Assembly (NCBI GenBank): GCA_903851235.1
Contig: CAINNR010000015.1
Span: 11,327 to 75,326, forward strand
Source of the DNA: an uncultured Candidatus Berkelbacteria bacterium
GTDB taxonomy: Bacteria; Patescibacteriota; UBA1384; XYA2-FULL-43-10; CAINNR01
Reading direction: 5' to 3'
Length of the DNA stretch: 64,000 nucleotides
Shown: positions 26,002 through 35,994 of the stretch, piece after piece
Position numbering within the stretch: the stretch's first letter is position 1
How the letters are laid out: each line of letters starts with the position of its first letter
Position numbers and translations under genes: made by a program
Notes under the pieces: generated by a model
What the model saw: only the letters and a program-made list of their open reading frames with translations
Told to the model about the DNA's origin: nothing
The model's database searches: none

Positions 26002-29000
26002 TTAGAATCCGATATGGGTATAATTTGTTGTTTGCGGATTGACCCAGAGTCCGGCGCGGGAGCCACTGCAACCGCCGACTTTGGAACAGATAACATCATC
26101 CACCTTATATTGCCAGTAATCAACATCCTCTTGGCGGCCGGTCATAATTTGCGACGGAATCGCCAAGGCGTCGCCGGTTCGTTCCGATAATGCCAACACA
26201 TCACCGGCCAAAGTTTTCGCCTTGTACTGGGCGGCGGTAATATAGCCGGACTTTTTCGCCGTCGGATCCAAGCCATTAAAGGTGCCGAGATTCCCGTTGT
26301 CGGAAACAGAAGGATCGGGTTTGGCATCAACCCCGGGATAGTAACCGTCGGCGGTACAGGTGACCTCGGTCTTGTAAACACCGAATAAATTCATTAGGAC
26401 AAAGATTGCGACCGAAATCGGATTAAAGCCGGTGATAAGCATTGAAACCAACATCGAACCGGTGCCGGGAACCAAGCCGACAGCGGTTTCAAATTGGCCG
26501 ATCTGTTTTGAGAAAACCAAATTGACGACGAAAGCGATGCCGGCGGATTCAACATTTGACAGGTTCCCCTTGGCGTCAGCTAATTGTTTATTTGCTGTCA
26601 CGAGGTTTTTCGCTTCTGCAGCGCCCCCGGTTGCAGCATCTGCGGCACCGGCTACAGCCATATTGGCACTGGAGATAGCGGCGTTGGCGGCAACAATTTC
26701 TCGGTAGGTCGTATAAATAGTGAATGCTGTGCCCGATGGCAGACCGAGCGCTTTATCGGCCCAACCGGTGATCTTGCTGATGCCCCAATCTTTGTAAATA
26801 TTTTCCAGGCTTTTTATCGGCGTGCCGACTCCCGGGATGGTGATATCGGCGGTGAAATTGCCGTTTTTCAAGCCGTAAGCCAGGGCGGTGAAAGTTCCCG
26901 GTTGGAGCTGAAACCCGAGTAAATTGCCGAGTTTGCCATCGATCCAACTGTCAAGATTCGCCATTTTGCCGTTTTTGACCATTGTATCGAGATCAAAACC
27001 CTTTGGATTCTGGAAAAATGATGTCAGTGAGTTATACAGATCAATTCCAAGATCAAGCTTATTGTAACTGACACCGTTAAACGATAGAGTGCCGAGAGCA
27101 TTTTTTGCGTAACTCATCAACATTGCTGTTCGCTGGACACCGTTGCCGGAGTACATGGTTTTAACGAAGCCGGCGGGGATATTTTGATCAACTTGGTAAA
27201 GTTTGGCATCAGCCATTCGCCAGAGCAGATTGTTTTTTGTTACAGTGTCGGCCTGTTTTCGAGCCGCTTCCTGTACGCTGTTTAAATCCTCAATTGATTG
27301 AGAATTTTTTTGTACCGCCGCCATCATCGCCACCGGATCAACCGTCGGATTCGCCGGATAGTCTTGGGCAAAGCCGGTGCTTGCAGCATCGTAGGCAGCA
27401 TAAGTCGAATAACTCGAAGCTGTTGGGTTGGTCGGGTCATAACAAGTATTCCCCATTGCCGTTGATCCGGGGGCGCACTGACTGGCATATAAGGTTGTCG
27501 CCGGTGAACCGGCCATCTCTGCCGTCTCGGTTACCGACGCGATCGGGTTCGCTTTGTTCAAATTTGTCAGATAGTTGTTGGTTGCGCTGTCAACGTAAGA
27601 TTTTTCTAACGTCGGGTTACCCATGATCGAATAATAGATATCTTCATATGTAATGCGAAAATATGCCGGTAGATTGGCGGTGGTTGAACCGTTGTAAATG
27701 TGCAGGGCTTCCGCCGATTTAACCGCAGCCGTGATCTCCAAAACTCGCAAATCGCCATGAACCAACATGTTGGTGCTTTGCAAAATCAAGTCCTGTGTTT
27801 TCGGCATACCGGCGTAATTTCCACTGCCCGGACTTGGGGTGGCGATGATACCGATTTTCGACAGGTAATCGCCGACCAATTGCTCGCCGATCTGTTGCCC
27901 ATAATACTCCCAGCGGTCGGCACTAGAGCTTATTGATATGGCACCAAAATGACCGGTGGTCGGTATTGAGTCACTAGCGCGAAAAGTTGTCAGGCCGGTT
28001 TTCCAACCGTCGGAATATGGAAGAGGCCCACCGAGGCCGATGTAGGCGGCGGTAAATGAGGCGCCGGCGGTTGGATCAAGACCGAGTGAATTATCGAGTT
28101 TCTCAATACCGGAGAGCAACAACGATGCGGCAGCTTGCTCCGGATTGGTAATAATTCGGCCGATTGTGCCGGCGGAAAGCCCGAGTTTGCTGTCAAGATC
28201 AATGCCAAAAACTTGGGAGAAGTTATTAAAGATTGCGCCGTAATCACATGAAGTGGCGGCCGAAGTCCCAATTATTGTCTTGCTGCCGCAGGCTTTGATT
28301 CGCTGGAAGGTGTTTGTAAAACCATCAATCTTGCCCAGCGTTGCGGAATCGATTCCCAGTAGTTTGCCCCACGTATCGATGCCTGTCGGTGTTAAGCCGA
28401 TCACGGTGTTGGCGACATCGTGGCGGTAGTCGTCGGGAGTTATTTTTGAAGTCAGAAGTTGCTGAGTCGTTCCGGCCGGAAGTCCGAGCTGGGAGTCGAT
28501 GCCACTGACCTGATTTAAAAAGTTGGTCGTTTGATAGAGAGTAATACTTTGTGTCGGGTTTGAGGTGGAAAATGCGTCGGCTGAACTACCGTTAAAAGCT
28601 AAATTTAGTGTTGAAGTGATATTTTTTTCAAGCGCCGGATTCGTCAGGGCGATCGGGGCGATATTAGCGGTGCTGGCGGGATAGTTAACGTGACTTTCGG
28701 CCAGTTGATATTGGCTGGCGATTGATTGCTCGGCGATTGAAGCGGCCAACGATAAATTTGTAATCGCATCCGGGGTCAGAATTTCCGACGGTGGCAATTG
28801 GAATGCCCGAGCGAAGGCCACCGGGCCAATATTATCCATCAACTCCTGCAAGGTTGAGCCGCGGAAGGAGTTTGACGGCAAGTTGAGAACCTTCTCGATT
28901 TTCGCCCCACCGATATTTTCATAAATGTTTCCTGAGAGAGAAACAGTGCCGAGACCGAGCATACCGCCGACAAAATTGGCACCCAAATTCGCCAGCGAAC

Positions 29001-32000
29001 AGTTACGAATAATTGACGACGTTGATTGAATTATATTAATAACCTGATTCGAGCCGACTCCAAGTTGACTCTCGAGATATTTTGAGCCGATTTTATCAAC
29101 CGCTAGGGTGCCGTTTCCGGAGAGCAGATCGAAAATATCGCTAGCATCAATTTTCATTCCGGCAACGGTGACACCCATGCCGGCGAAGACTGCAGTCGTA
29201 ATTCGGCTTTCAGCCGTTCGCTTGCCGATTGTCTCCAAATACGGATTGATCGGTTTCTGACTCAAATTGGCGAGTAGATCTTTGCGGTTGAAAAGGTTTT
29301 GCAGCGTAGTGACGGGGATGTTTAATTTGTTGCTGATATTTGCTAGTTCATCACTTGAAAACGCCGCCGCTTTTGATGGAGTGGAGAGAAAACTGTTCAA
29401 CTCGCTCTGATAAGTTGCGGCTGTTGCGGCATCAAAAGAGTTTGGAACGGCCGGGTTGGAAGCCAAACCCTGGGACAAGGCTTTGACAAAGTCGACTTGC
29501 GAGCTCGCGTTGCTTTCGGCGTAACTTCTGGCTTCATTGATGCTCGGAAATGCGTGAGTGCCACTGGCGTCGGCATAAACATAGGAGTTATCGACTATCT
29601 GACTGCTGACAGAGAAAGTAATACCGTTTTGTTTTGTATAACTGAAACCGACCGGGCAACTGCCGGTAGTCGTCGGGCTGGCGATCTGCGAAGTGAAGCC
29701 GTTATGGGCGTTATATGTTATCAGGTTAGCGTAATTTTGATTCAAGCCATTAGTCAAACTTTGAGCGCTGGTTTTGACCCGAGTGAAAGTGTCGATGACA
29801 TTTTGGGGTAAATTTAATCGTCCGGCGATCAGCTCGGCGTCGGAGCTGCCCAAAGTATCGGTTGAAACTGACTGTCCGGAGAGAAATTTCAAACTTGTTC
29901 CGGCCGGTAGTGCCAATGAAGTATCTAGATTGCCGGCGGCCAGCGCCACCTGCGAACCGCTAGCGAATGAGCTGGCACCGGTGATTGAAGAAATATCAGC
30001 CGGCAAATTAAGCGCTCTCATAACTTGGGCCCCGGCTTCGGCCGAGGAGATGCCCCAAACCTTGCTTACATGATCGCGAACGTCGGAAAGTGTTGCCAGT
30101 GTGCCCGGAGTGCCACCCTGAAAGAAGTTTGGCGGCAGATGTAAGGTTTCCTCCAGTTGGGCTTGACCGATAGATTGGAAGAAGGCGTCTTGCCCATCAA
30201 TATTTGACGAGTCGGTTTTATTTTTAATAAAAGTGGCGTAATAGTAAATTGAATTTTTCGGCAGGTCGAGTGAACTTTCAATTTTGTTGGCACCGATCGA
30301 AATTAGAAAATTCTCCGGTGTCATCTTGCCGGCCAGCATCAGAGCTAAAGAGGCGGCTGAGATCTGGGTGCCGGAGCTGGCCGAGGTTGAATCGTTGGTA
30401 TTTTGAACGCCGATGCTGCCGAGATCGGAGAGTTGGAGCGATGAAATAGAGGATTGCGGTTTACCGGTCAAAATTTCCTCGACTGCCTGGGCAATATCGG
30501 CAAAATCAAGCGCGGTGGTGTTGGCTTTATCTTTTAAACTTTGGTTGGCGGCGACAGAGTTTTTCAGAGCGCCTGAGGCCTGGTCGAAATTAACCGCCGA
30601 GTTTCTAGTGACACTAATTGCTTGAATCCCGGATGATAGGCCATTGGTGTCAGCTTTTTCCACCTCTGATTTGGCACTAGCGATGTTGGTTTTGAAAATC
30701 CCGATATTGGCATCGCTGCTGGTAACACCGGCCCAATCACTTTGAATTTTTGCTGTTTTTGTCTGAATCAACTGGATTCTGGTTTTGTAAAAATCGACAG
30801 TTTTCAGAGCTGAGGTAATCTCCGGGTGCTGGGCCAAATAAGAGGCTTCAGCTTGTTTTACCGCCGAAGAATTTGCGATTCCGTTGTAGAGCGCGGTCTG
30901 GCCAAGACTTTTCAGCACCGGTTGCGGATTGACATTCGAGCAGCCGAATAGGCGGAAAAAATCACCACGTGAAAGACCGTAAGTTGTCATGAATTGACTT
31001 TCCGGCAAAGTCACGACTTTCGTCGTTGTCGTTCCGGCGATGGTGATGGTTACTGTTGCCACTGATGGAACGGCGCAATCGCTACTGGTAAGTTTGTTAT
31101 TAAACCACTGTACTAATGCGGCCCGAACATCACTGTCGCCATTGAAAGCTTGGGCCAAGGTGTCGGCGCCGATCTGTTGAAAGTTCGATGCCAAGTTTGT
31201 GCCGGCCAAAATGTCGGTCATTCGGGCGTTGGCGCTGGCGGTGGTGATACTGTTTGATGTACTATCGACTGATAGTCTGGCGGCATTGGCGGCGGCGGTT
31301 GATGAGGCGAAAGAGTAAACACTATCAGCCAAAATCTTGTTGGCAACCAGCGTCGCATAGGCATCCGGTGGTAGAGCGCCGGATTTGTACTGAGCGGAGT
31401 AATTATTTAACCCCAGTCCAAGTTTTTCATCAACACTGGTCGGATTTTGATAAACCAAATCAATTTTTCGCTGACCGGCGACGGTTTCAAGTTTTTTAAA
31501 ATTAGTATCGGTGCCGAACGCTCCTGCCGGCAAAGCCAAATCATTTTCAATCGTTCGCCGTCCAATTACCAACCTCAAACTCGTCGGATCAGTGATTGAA
31601 GATGACAGCGTGTTGGTCGGCAGATTGAGCGCCGACTCGACATGGCGTTCGCCGGTATTAATCAAAATTTCATTCAAATTATTGCCCTGAATTGAGCCCC
31701 AAGGCAGATTTAACTTCTTCTCCAGTTGGGCTTCGCCGATTTTGGCTTCCAAGTCATTTACGTCGGCCAAATTGGCATTGATAAAAGCTTGCCGCGGTAA
31801 ATTCAAATCATCGGCCAGCGCCATGCCGCCGATTTTTTTGATTGTGTCGGCAAAGTCCGTGCCGGAAATCGCCATATTCGGAGAATTTAACATTTCGCCG
31901 ATCAGCGATTTTCCGATTAAACCGACGATGTCGGAGAAGCCGGCTTTCGATAAATCGGTCGTCGAATCAACGGATATTCCCAACTGATCGAGTAAATCGA

Positions 32001-33246
32001 TGTAATTTCCACTTGCCAGTTGTCGAAGATTGGCATTTAGGCTGGAATAGTCTGGTGGTGGCGAGGTATCATAGCCGGAGGAGGTTTGCCAGGCAAGACT
32101 TATTGGTGTCGCCGGTAATTTTGTTTTATCATCAGAGCCGATTCGTTTCTTCTTTATCAGTGTGCACTTAATATTGTCTACGGCGGAAATGTCAACCGCT
32201 TCACCCTTATAATGAGCGGAGAGATTACTGGCGGTTTCGGCGTCGGAGAAAACCAAATCGCCCTGACTGGCTCCGGCGGAATCGATAACCTCGGCTTGTC
32301 CGGTCGCTGAAGCGATTGTTGGATCGGCGCTGAGAGCATTCTTATCTGCGCTGGAGACATCGCTAACTGTGGTCAGCGAGGATTTACTTGAGCTGGTGTT
32401 CTGAGCGATCTGTTGATAAATTGCCGTTGATTCTCTTGAAGTTTGTTTGGCATCGCGGTTGTAACCGTTACGAATTCGCAAAACCTTGATCAATTCGTGA
32501 CCGGCGCCACCTTGATCCTTTGGTGTAACCAGATTAACCAAAAGTTCCAGAACACGGCGATCAATTACAACTTTATTTTGGGCGTTATCAATTATCGCAT
32601 TGACTGAAGTTTGGTCGTATTTCAGCATGTCGGCGGCTTGATTTTGATCGACACCGGCGATGCAGGCGAAATTCGGCAGATCATTTTTCAGATTCGAAAC
32701 GATGTTGGTTCGCGCAGTATTCTGGGCCGTGGTTATCAAATTTTGGTAGCCGGTCGGGTCGGCGGTTTTCATTGTTGCAATATCAGCAATCGTTTTACCG
32801 CTCGCCGCTGCCAGTGAATCATCATGATTGGCAAAGTCAGGAATAACATTTCCTAAACAGGATAATGTTCGAATATCCTGCAAATCCGAGGGGTTGAAAA
32901 CCAGTTTAGGTGAGGAGGAAATGTTTTCTGTCGCCCAGAGAAACCCACCGATGCCACCATTTTCGCCCTCCAGGTAGTTGTTGCTGGTAAATTGCATTAG
33001 TGACTTAACCGATGCTGGCAAATTATCATTGATCGTTGGTACATTTATTCCAACATCAATCCCACCAACTTGGTCACCTTCACTATCAATTGCTTCTATC
33101 GGGTTTTGGTCTTGATTATCATTGGACACGGCGGGAGAATCAACCGGATCGGCGTGAGCACTTTGAATATACACAATTAAATTCAGCGGCAAAATAATCG
33201 CCAAAATGTTGAAGATGACTAAACTTTTTTTCAGAAAAGGTTTCAT
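26002..33246 (-). CDS. Giant 2414-aa exported repeat protein with M15-like peptidase motifs
   Basis: Signal peptide ending AHA; SAHYKGEAVD at about aa 343-352; about 20 (E/D)xxLxLPxxxx repeats; ends YTHIGF. Confidence 0.85.
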   Translation of the reverse strand: MKPFLKKSLVIFNILAIILPLNLIVYIQSAHADPVDSPAVSNDNQDQNPIEAIDSEGDQVGGIDVGINVPTINDNLPASVKSLMQFTSNNYLEGENGGIGGFLWATENISSSPKLVFNPSDLQDIRTLSCLGNVIPDFANHDDSLAAASGKTIADIATMKTADPTGYQNLITTAQNTARTNIVSNLKNDLPNFACIAGVDQNQAADMLKYDQTSVNAIIDNAQNKVVIDRRVLELLVNLVTPKDQGGAGHELIKVLRIRNGYNRDAKQTSRESTAIYQQIAQNTSSSKSSLTTVSDVSSADKNALSADPTIASATGQAEVIDSAGASQGDLVFSDAETASNLSAHYKGEAVDISAVDNIKCTLIKKKRIGSDDKTKLPATPISLAWQTSSGYDTSPPPDYSSLNANLRQLASGNYIDLLDQLGISVDSTTDLSKAGFSDIVGLIGKSLIGEMLNSPNMAISGTDFADTIKKIGGMALADDLNLPRQAFINANLADVNDLEAKIGEAQLEKKLNLPWGSIQGNNLNEILINTGERHVESALNLPTNTLSSSITDPTSLRLVIGRRTIENDLALPAGAFGTDTNFKKLETVAGQRKIDLVYQNPTSVDEKLGLGLNNYSAQYKSGALPPDAYATLVANKILADSVYSFASSTAAANAARLSVDSTSNSITTASANARMTDILAGTNLASNFQQIGADTLAQAFNGDSDVRAALVQWFNNKLTSSDCAVPSVATVTITIAGTTTTKVVTLPESQFMTTYGLSRGDFFRLFGCSNVNPQPVLKSLGQTALYNGIANSSAVKQAEASYLAQHPEITSALKTVDFYKTRIQLIQTKTAKIQSDWAGVTSSDANIGIFKTNIASAKSEVEKADTNGLSSGIQAISVTRNSAVNFDQASGALKNSVAANQSLKDKANTTALDFADIAQAVEEILTGKPQSSISSLQLSDLGSIGVQNTNDSTSASSGTQISAASLALMLAGKMTPENFLISIGANKIESSLDLPKNSIYYYATFIKNKTDSSNIDGQDAFFQSIGQAQLEETLHLPPNFFQGGTPGTLATLSDVRDHVSKVWGISSAEAGAQVMRALNLPADISSITGASSFASGSQVALAAGNLDTSLALPAGTSLKFLSGQSVSTDTLGSSDAELIAGRLNLPQNVIDTFTRVKTSAQSLTNGLNQNYANLITYNAHNGFTSQIASPTTTGSCPVGFSYTKQNGITFSVSSQIVDNSYVYADASGTHAFPSINEARSYAESNASSQVDFVKALSQGLASNPAVPNSFDAATAATYQSELNSFLSTPSKAAAFSSDELANISNKLNIPVTTLQNLFNRKDLLANLSQKPINPYLETIGKRTAESRITTAVFAGMGVTVAGMKIDASDIFDLLSGNGTLAVDKIGSKYLESQLGVGSNQVINIIQSTSSIIRNCSLANLGANFVGGMLGLGTVSLSGNIYENIGGAKIEKVLNLPSNSFRGSTLQELMDNIGPVAFARAFQLPPSEILTPDAITNLSLAASIAEQSIASQYQLAESHVNYPASTANIAPIALTNPALEKNITSTLNLAFNGSSADAFSTSNPTQSITLYQTTNFLNQVSGIDSQLGLPAGTTQQLLTSKITPDDYRHDVANTVIGLTPTGIDTWGKLLGIDSATLGKIDGFTNTFQRIKACGSKTIIGTSAATSCDYGAIFNNFSQVFGIDLDSKLGLSAGTIGRIITNPEQAAASLLLSGIEKLDNSLGLDPTAGASFTAAYIGLGGPLPYSDGWKTGLTTFRASDSIPTTGHFGAISISSSADRWEYYGQQIGEQLVGDYLSKIGIIATPSPGSGNYAGMPKTQDLILQSTNMLVHGDLRVLEITAAVKSAEALHIYNGSTTANLPAYFRITYEDIYYSIMGNPTLEKSYVDSATNNYLTNLNKANPIASVTETAEMAGSPATTLYASQCAPGSTAMGNTCYDPTNPTASSYSTYAAYDAASTGFAQDYPANPTVDPVAMMAAVQKNSQSIEDLNSVQEAARKQADTVTKNNLLWRMADAKLYQVDQNIPAGFVKTMYSGNGVQRTAMLMSYAKNALGTLSFNGVSYNKLDLGIDLYNSLTSFFQNPKGFDLDTMVKNGKMANLDSWIDGKLGNLLGFQLQPGTFTALAYGLKNGNFTADITIPGVGTPIKSLENIYKDWGISKITGWADKALGLPSGTAFTIYTTYREIVAANAAISSANMAVAGAADAATGGAAEAKNLVTANKQLADAKGNLSNVESAGIAFVVNLVFSKQIGQFETAVGLVPGTGSMLVSMLITGFNPISVAIFVLMNLFGVYKTEVTCTADGYYPGVDAKPDPSVSDNGNLGTFNGLDPTAKKSGYITAAQYKAKTLAGDVLALSERTGDALAIPSQIMTGRQEDVDYWQYKVDDVICSKVGGCSGSRAGLWVNPQTTNYTHIGF

Positions 33247-33248
33247 AA

Positions 33249-34673
33249 TTACGGAGTTTTATTTAAAACGCTCAAATCACGGACGTATAAATACTCGCCG
33301 ATAACATTGTATTTTTTATTACTGCTGTGAAAATTGGCTACGTCTTCGGCGGTTGTGGTAACGGCGTGATTATCACAAAGAAGTTCGAAGTGAAGGTGAG
33401 GGTGATTCAGACCGGTCCAACTTGCGCCAATTTTTTGACCGACGGTTACATCGTCACTGCTGGTTACACTTTGCATATGGGCGTACACCGCTCTAAAGGT
33501 TTTACCGACGCTGTCTTTGCCTTCAATATATATGTAGTCGCCGGAGTGGTTCCCGCGCTTTGTAATATGACCGGAGAAGGCGGCGTAAACCGGTGTGCCA
33601 CCCGAATCGCCAATATCAGTGGCGTCATTGGTGCATTTGTTATTGTTGATGAATGTGCCATGTCCGGGAACCGATTCGCATCTCATAAACGATCCACCAT
33701 GCAATGTGCTGTTAAATCCCTTTACATCTTTTGGACTGATTGGATAGGCGGTTTCTCCGCTGAAGTGAAAAGGAACCGTGGCGAAGATATCCAAAAGTTG
33801 CCCGACGGCGGTGACGATTTTCAGGCCGGCGGCATTTTCTTTCGCATCGCCTTGCGGCAGCGTTTGAAAAGCTTTGACTAGTCCGACAATTTCATCAATC
33901 TTTGCTGAAATTTTTGCTTTGGTTGTAGAGTCATAGTTGCTTAGAGGCGGCGAATTCAGATCATTTTTCATTGCCGCCAAGTCACCTTGCAATCCGGAGA
34001 GGACATCGGCTGTTAATGACTTGGTGACATCGCTGTTTCCGCTCAATGCCAAAATTTTGGAAATCCATGGGCGATCATGCAAGATATCGGTGGCTTCTAC
34101 TGGGCTTGAACCGTTGACGTTCGGTGTTTGGAGGGCGCGAATAAGGAAAACCAGTGCGACGACAATGATAACTATTCCGACGATGGCGAGCAAAATCGGT
34201 AACCAATATCCGGCCGTTGTGGCGGCGATTTTAGTTCCGATTTGAGCCGCCCATTTTGTTGCTGATCCAACGGCTTTTTTCACCGCATCGCCAGCGACAT
34301 CGGCTAGCGGTTTTGCGGCGCGTTTAGTCGCTGTTTTTTTCTCATCTTCGGCTTGTTCTTTGGCTTTTTCTTGCGCCGTTTCGCGCGGCTGTACCGCCGG
34401 ACCACCGGGTTGAGCCTCCTTGACCGCTGCTGGCGTAAAAACATCATCCGATTTAAATTCCGGCACCTCGGCTTGCTGAATTTGCTCCTCAGGCGTGCCC
34501 GATTTTACCTTTGCTGTTTCATTTGCATTATCATCGGTTTTCGGTTGATGAGCATCTTCGATTTCTTCTTCATCAATATCAAAATCGGCCGAAGTTTCCG
34601 TCGGAACATTAATTTGAGCCCGTTTAATATCGTCGGCGACCCTCCGTTTGTACTGATCTGGCGACTCAGCCAC
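33249..34673 (-). CDS. Membrane-anchored M23 family metallopeptidase
   Basis: Acidic N-tail, TM, helical stalk, then ATDIG..GGTPVYAAFSG, AVYAHM, VTVGQKIG, PHLHFE. Confidence 0.85.
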   Translation of the reverse strand: MAESPDQYKRRVADDIKRAQINVPTETSADFDIDEEEIEDAHQPKTDDNANETAKVKSGTPEEQIQQAEVPEFKSDDVFTPAAVKEAQPGGPAVQPRETAQEKAKEQAEDEKKTATKRAAKPLADVAGDAVKKAVGSATKWAAQIGTKIAATTAGYWLPILLAIVGIVIIVVALVFLIRALQTPNVNGSSPVEATDILHDRPWISKILALSGNSDVTKSLTADVLSGLQGDLAAMKNDLNSPPLSNYDSTTKAKISAKIDEIVGLVKAFQTLPQGDAKENAAGLKIVTAVGQLLDIFATVPFHFSGETAYPISPKDVKGFNSTLHGGSFMRCESVPGHGTFINNNKCTNDATDIGDSGGTPVYAAFSGHITKRGNHSGDYIYIEGKDSVGKTFRAVYAHMQSVTSSDDVTVGQKIGASWTGLNHPHLHFELLCDNHAVTTTAEDVANFHSSNKKYNVIGEYLYVRDLSVLNKTP

Positions 34674-34723
34674 TGATCCCTCCGTTTCAAATTAGTCGAA
34701 TGAGTCTAATCGGACCAATTGGA

Positions 34724-35989
34724 CTAATTTGAAATTAATTTAACAAAATACAATTTTCCGGCCGAAGTGAAAACCGCTCCAGATTTGTCATCACTCAAAG
34801 AAACTTCGCTGACCGTTGAATTGCCTTGACCGGCAAAGTAAAAATCGGAAGTTTTCCCATCAATTAAACCTACAACTATCATTTTACTCTCCGCGGAATC
34901 GATTGGCAAGAAAATTTGATCCGGATTTTTCCATAATTTGACATCCGAAGCGCGAGCGGCGATTCCCAAATCACGATTATTACTGCCATCTGAGTTTATT
35001 ACCGAAAGAGTTTGTCTCAGCGGATTTTGCGGATTGTTGGAAAATGTCGAGTAAATAATTTTTTTGCTGTCAGAGCTAAAAACCGCTTCTTTTTGGTTGC
35101 CGGCTGTGTTTAGTGGCGTGACTACTTTGGTATAGACATCCATCAGATAAATTTTGTTTTGATTGAAATCAGCGTTTCTTGGAATAATCAGCAGATATTG
35201 TGAATCGGGTGAAAAGGCGAGGTAGGGGTTCTCGATGTTAAGCTCGGCCAAATTTGCCGCTCGGTAAATGTTTTGATTACTGGCATCGGAAAAAATCAGT
35301 GATCGCTCACCACCGGGCGGGGCGTAATAATAGGCGAGGCGCGAACCATCGGGGGCCCAAACTATGTCGCCGACATTGTTACTGAAAAGCGTCTCGCTTT
35401 GATTGATAAAATCGTACTTTTTGAAATCCAATAAATTAACTGTTGTGCCGGTTTTTACCAAAATCAAATTTTTGTCCGGCGACCAGATTATCTTTGATTT
35501 CGGGTCGATCGGTGTCGAGGTGATTTGCTGGTTAGTAGCAACTGTCGCACCGCCGGAATTATCAATATCCAGAGTTGATAAATAGAATAAATTATTGCTA
35601 AGGCTCTGATAAAAAACCTTGTTATCGGAAATCGCGATGTGAGCGGCTGAGTCAGCGATTTTATTCGGCTCCGGCGCTTTGACTAAATCAATTTTTTTTG
35701 AATAATTTTGTCCGCGTGATAATGTGATTTCCTCTTTGAAGCCGACGTAATTATCGGCGTCGACGCGCAAAGTGTGTTTACCCAAACCGGTGACGAAACT
35801 GGCCGAGCCGTTCAACAGCTGGGCCGGTGAATTGTCCAGTGTGACGATGGCGTTTGTCGGTGCGACTTCAACCGAGACTTTGGCGTGGATGAAAAAGAGA
35901 AAATAAATCAGCGCAGCAAGGAAAATAAAAAATCCGATCAAAACCATCCGGAATATTAGAGTTTGTTGTTTTTGTTTTATCTTTCCCAT
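34724..35989 (-). CDS. PEGA-domain plus TolB-like beta-propeller membrane protein
   Basis: N-terminal TM, PTNAIVTLDN..GKHTLRV..Y, then WSPD, WAPDG, FSPDS, FSSDS, NSDGSN repeats. Confidence 0.85.
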   Translation of the reverse strand: MGKIKQKQQTLIFRMVLIGFFIFLAALIYFLFFIHAKVSVEVAPTNAIVTLDNSPAQLLNGSASFVTGLGKHTLRVDADNYVGFKEEITLSRGQNYSKKIDLVKAPEPNKIADSAAHIAISDNKVFYQSLSNNLFYLSTLDIDNSGGATVATNQQITSTPIDPKSKIIWSPDKNLILVKTGTTVNLLDFKKYDFINQSETLFSNNVGDIVWAPDGSRLAYYYAPPGGERSLIFSDASNQNIYRAANLAELNIENPYLAFSPDSQYLLIIPRNADFNQNKIYLMDVYTKVVTPLNTAGNQKEAVFSSDSKKIIYSTFSNNPQNPLRQTLSVINSDGSNNRDLGIAARASDVKLWKNPDQIFLPIDSAESKMIVVGLIDGKTSDFYFAGQGNSTVSEVSLSDDKSGAVFTSAGKLYFVKLISN

Positions 35990-35994
35990 AATAT

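Noticed and set aside
26002-33246. Phage tape-measure protein or prophage
   Set aside because: It has a Sec signal peptide, and no capsid, terminase or tail genes are nearby.
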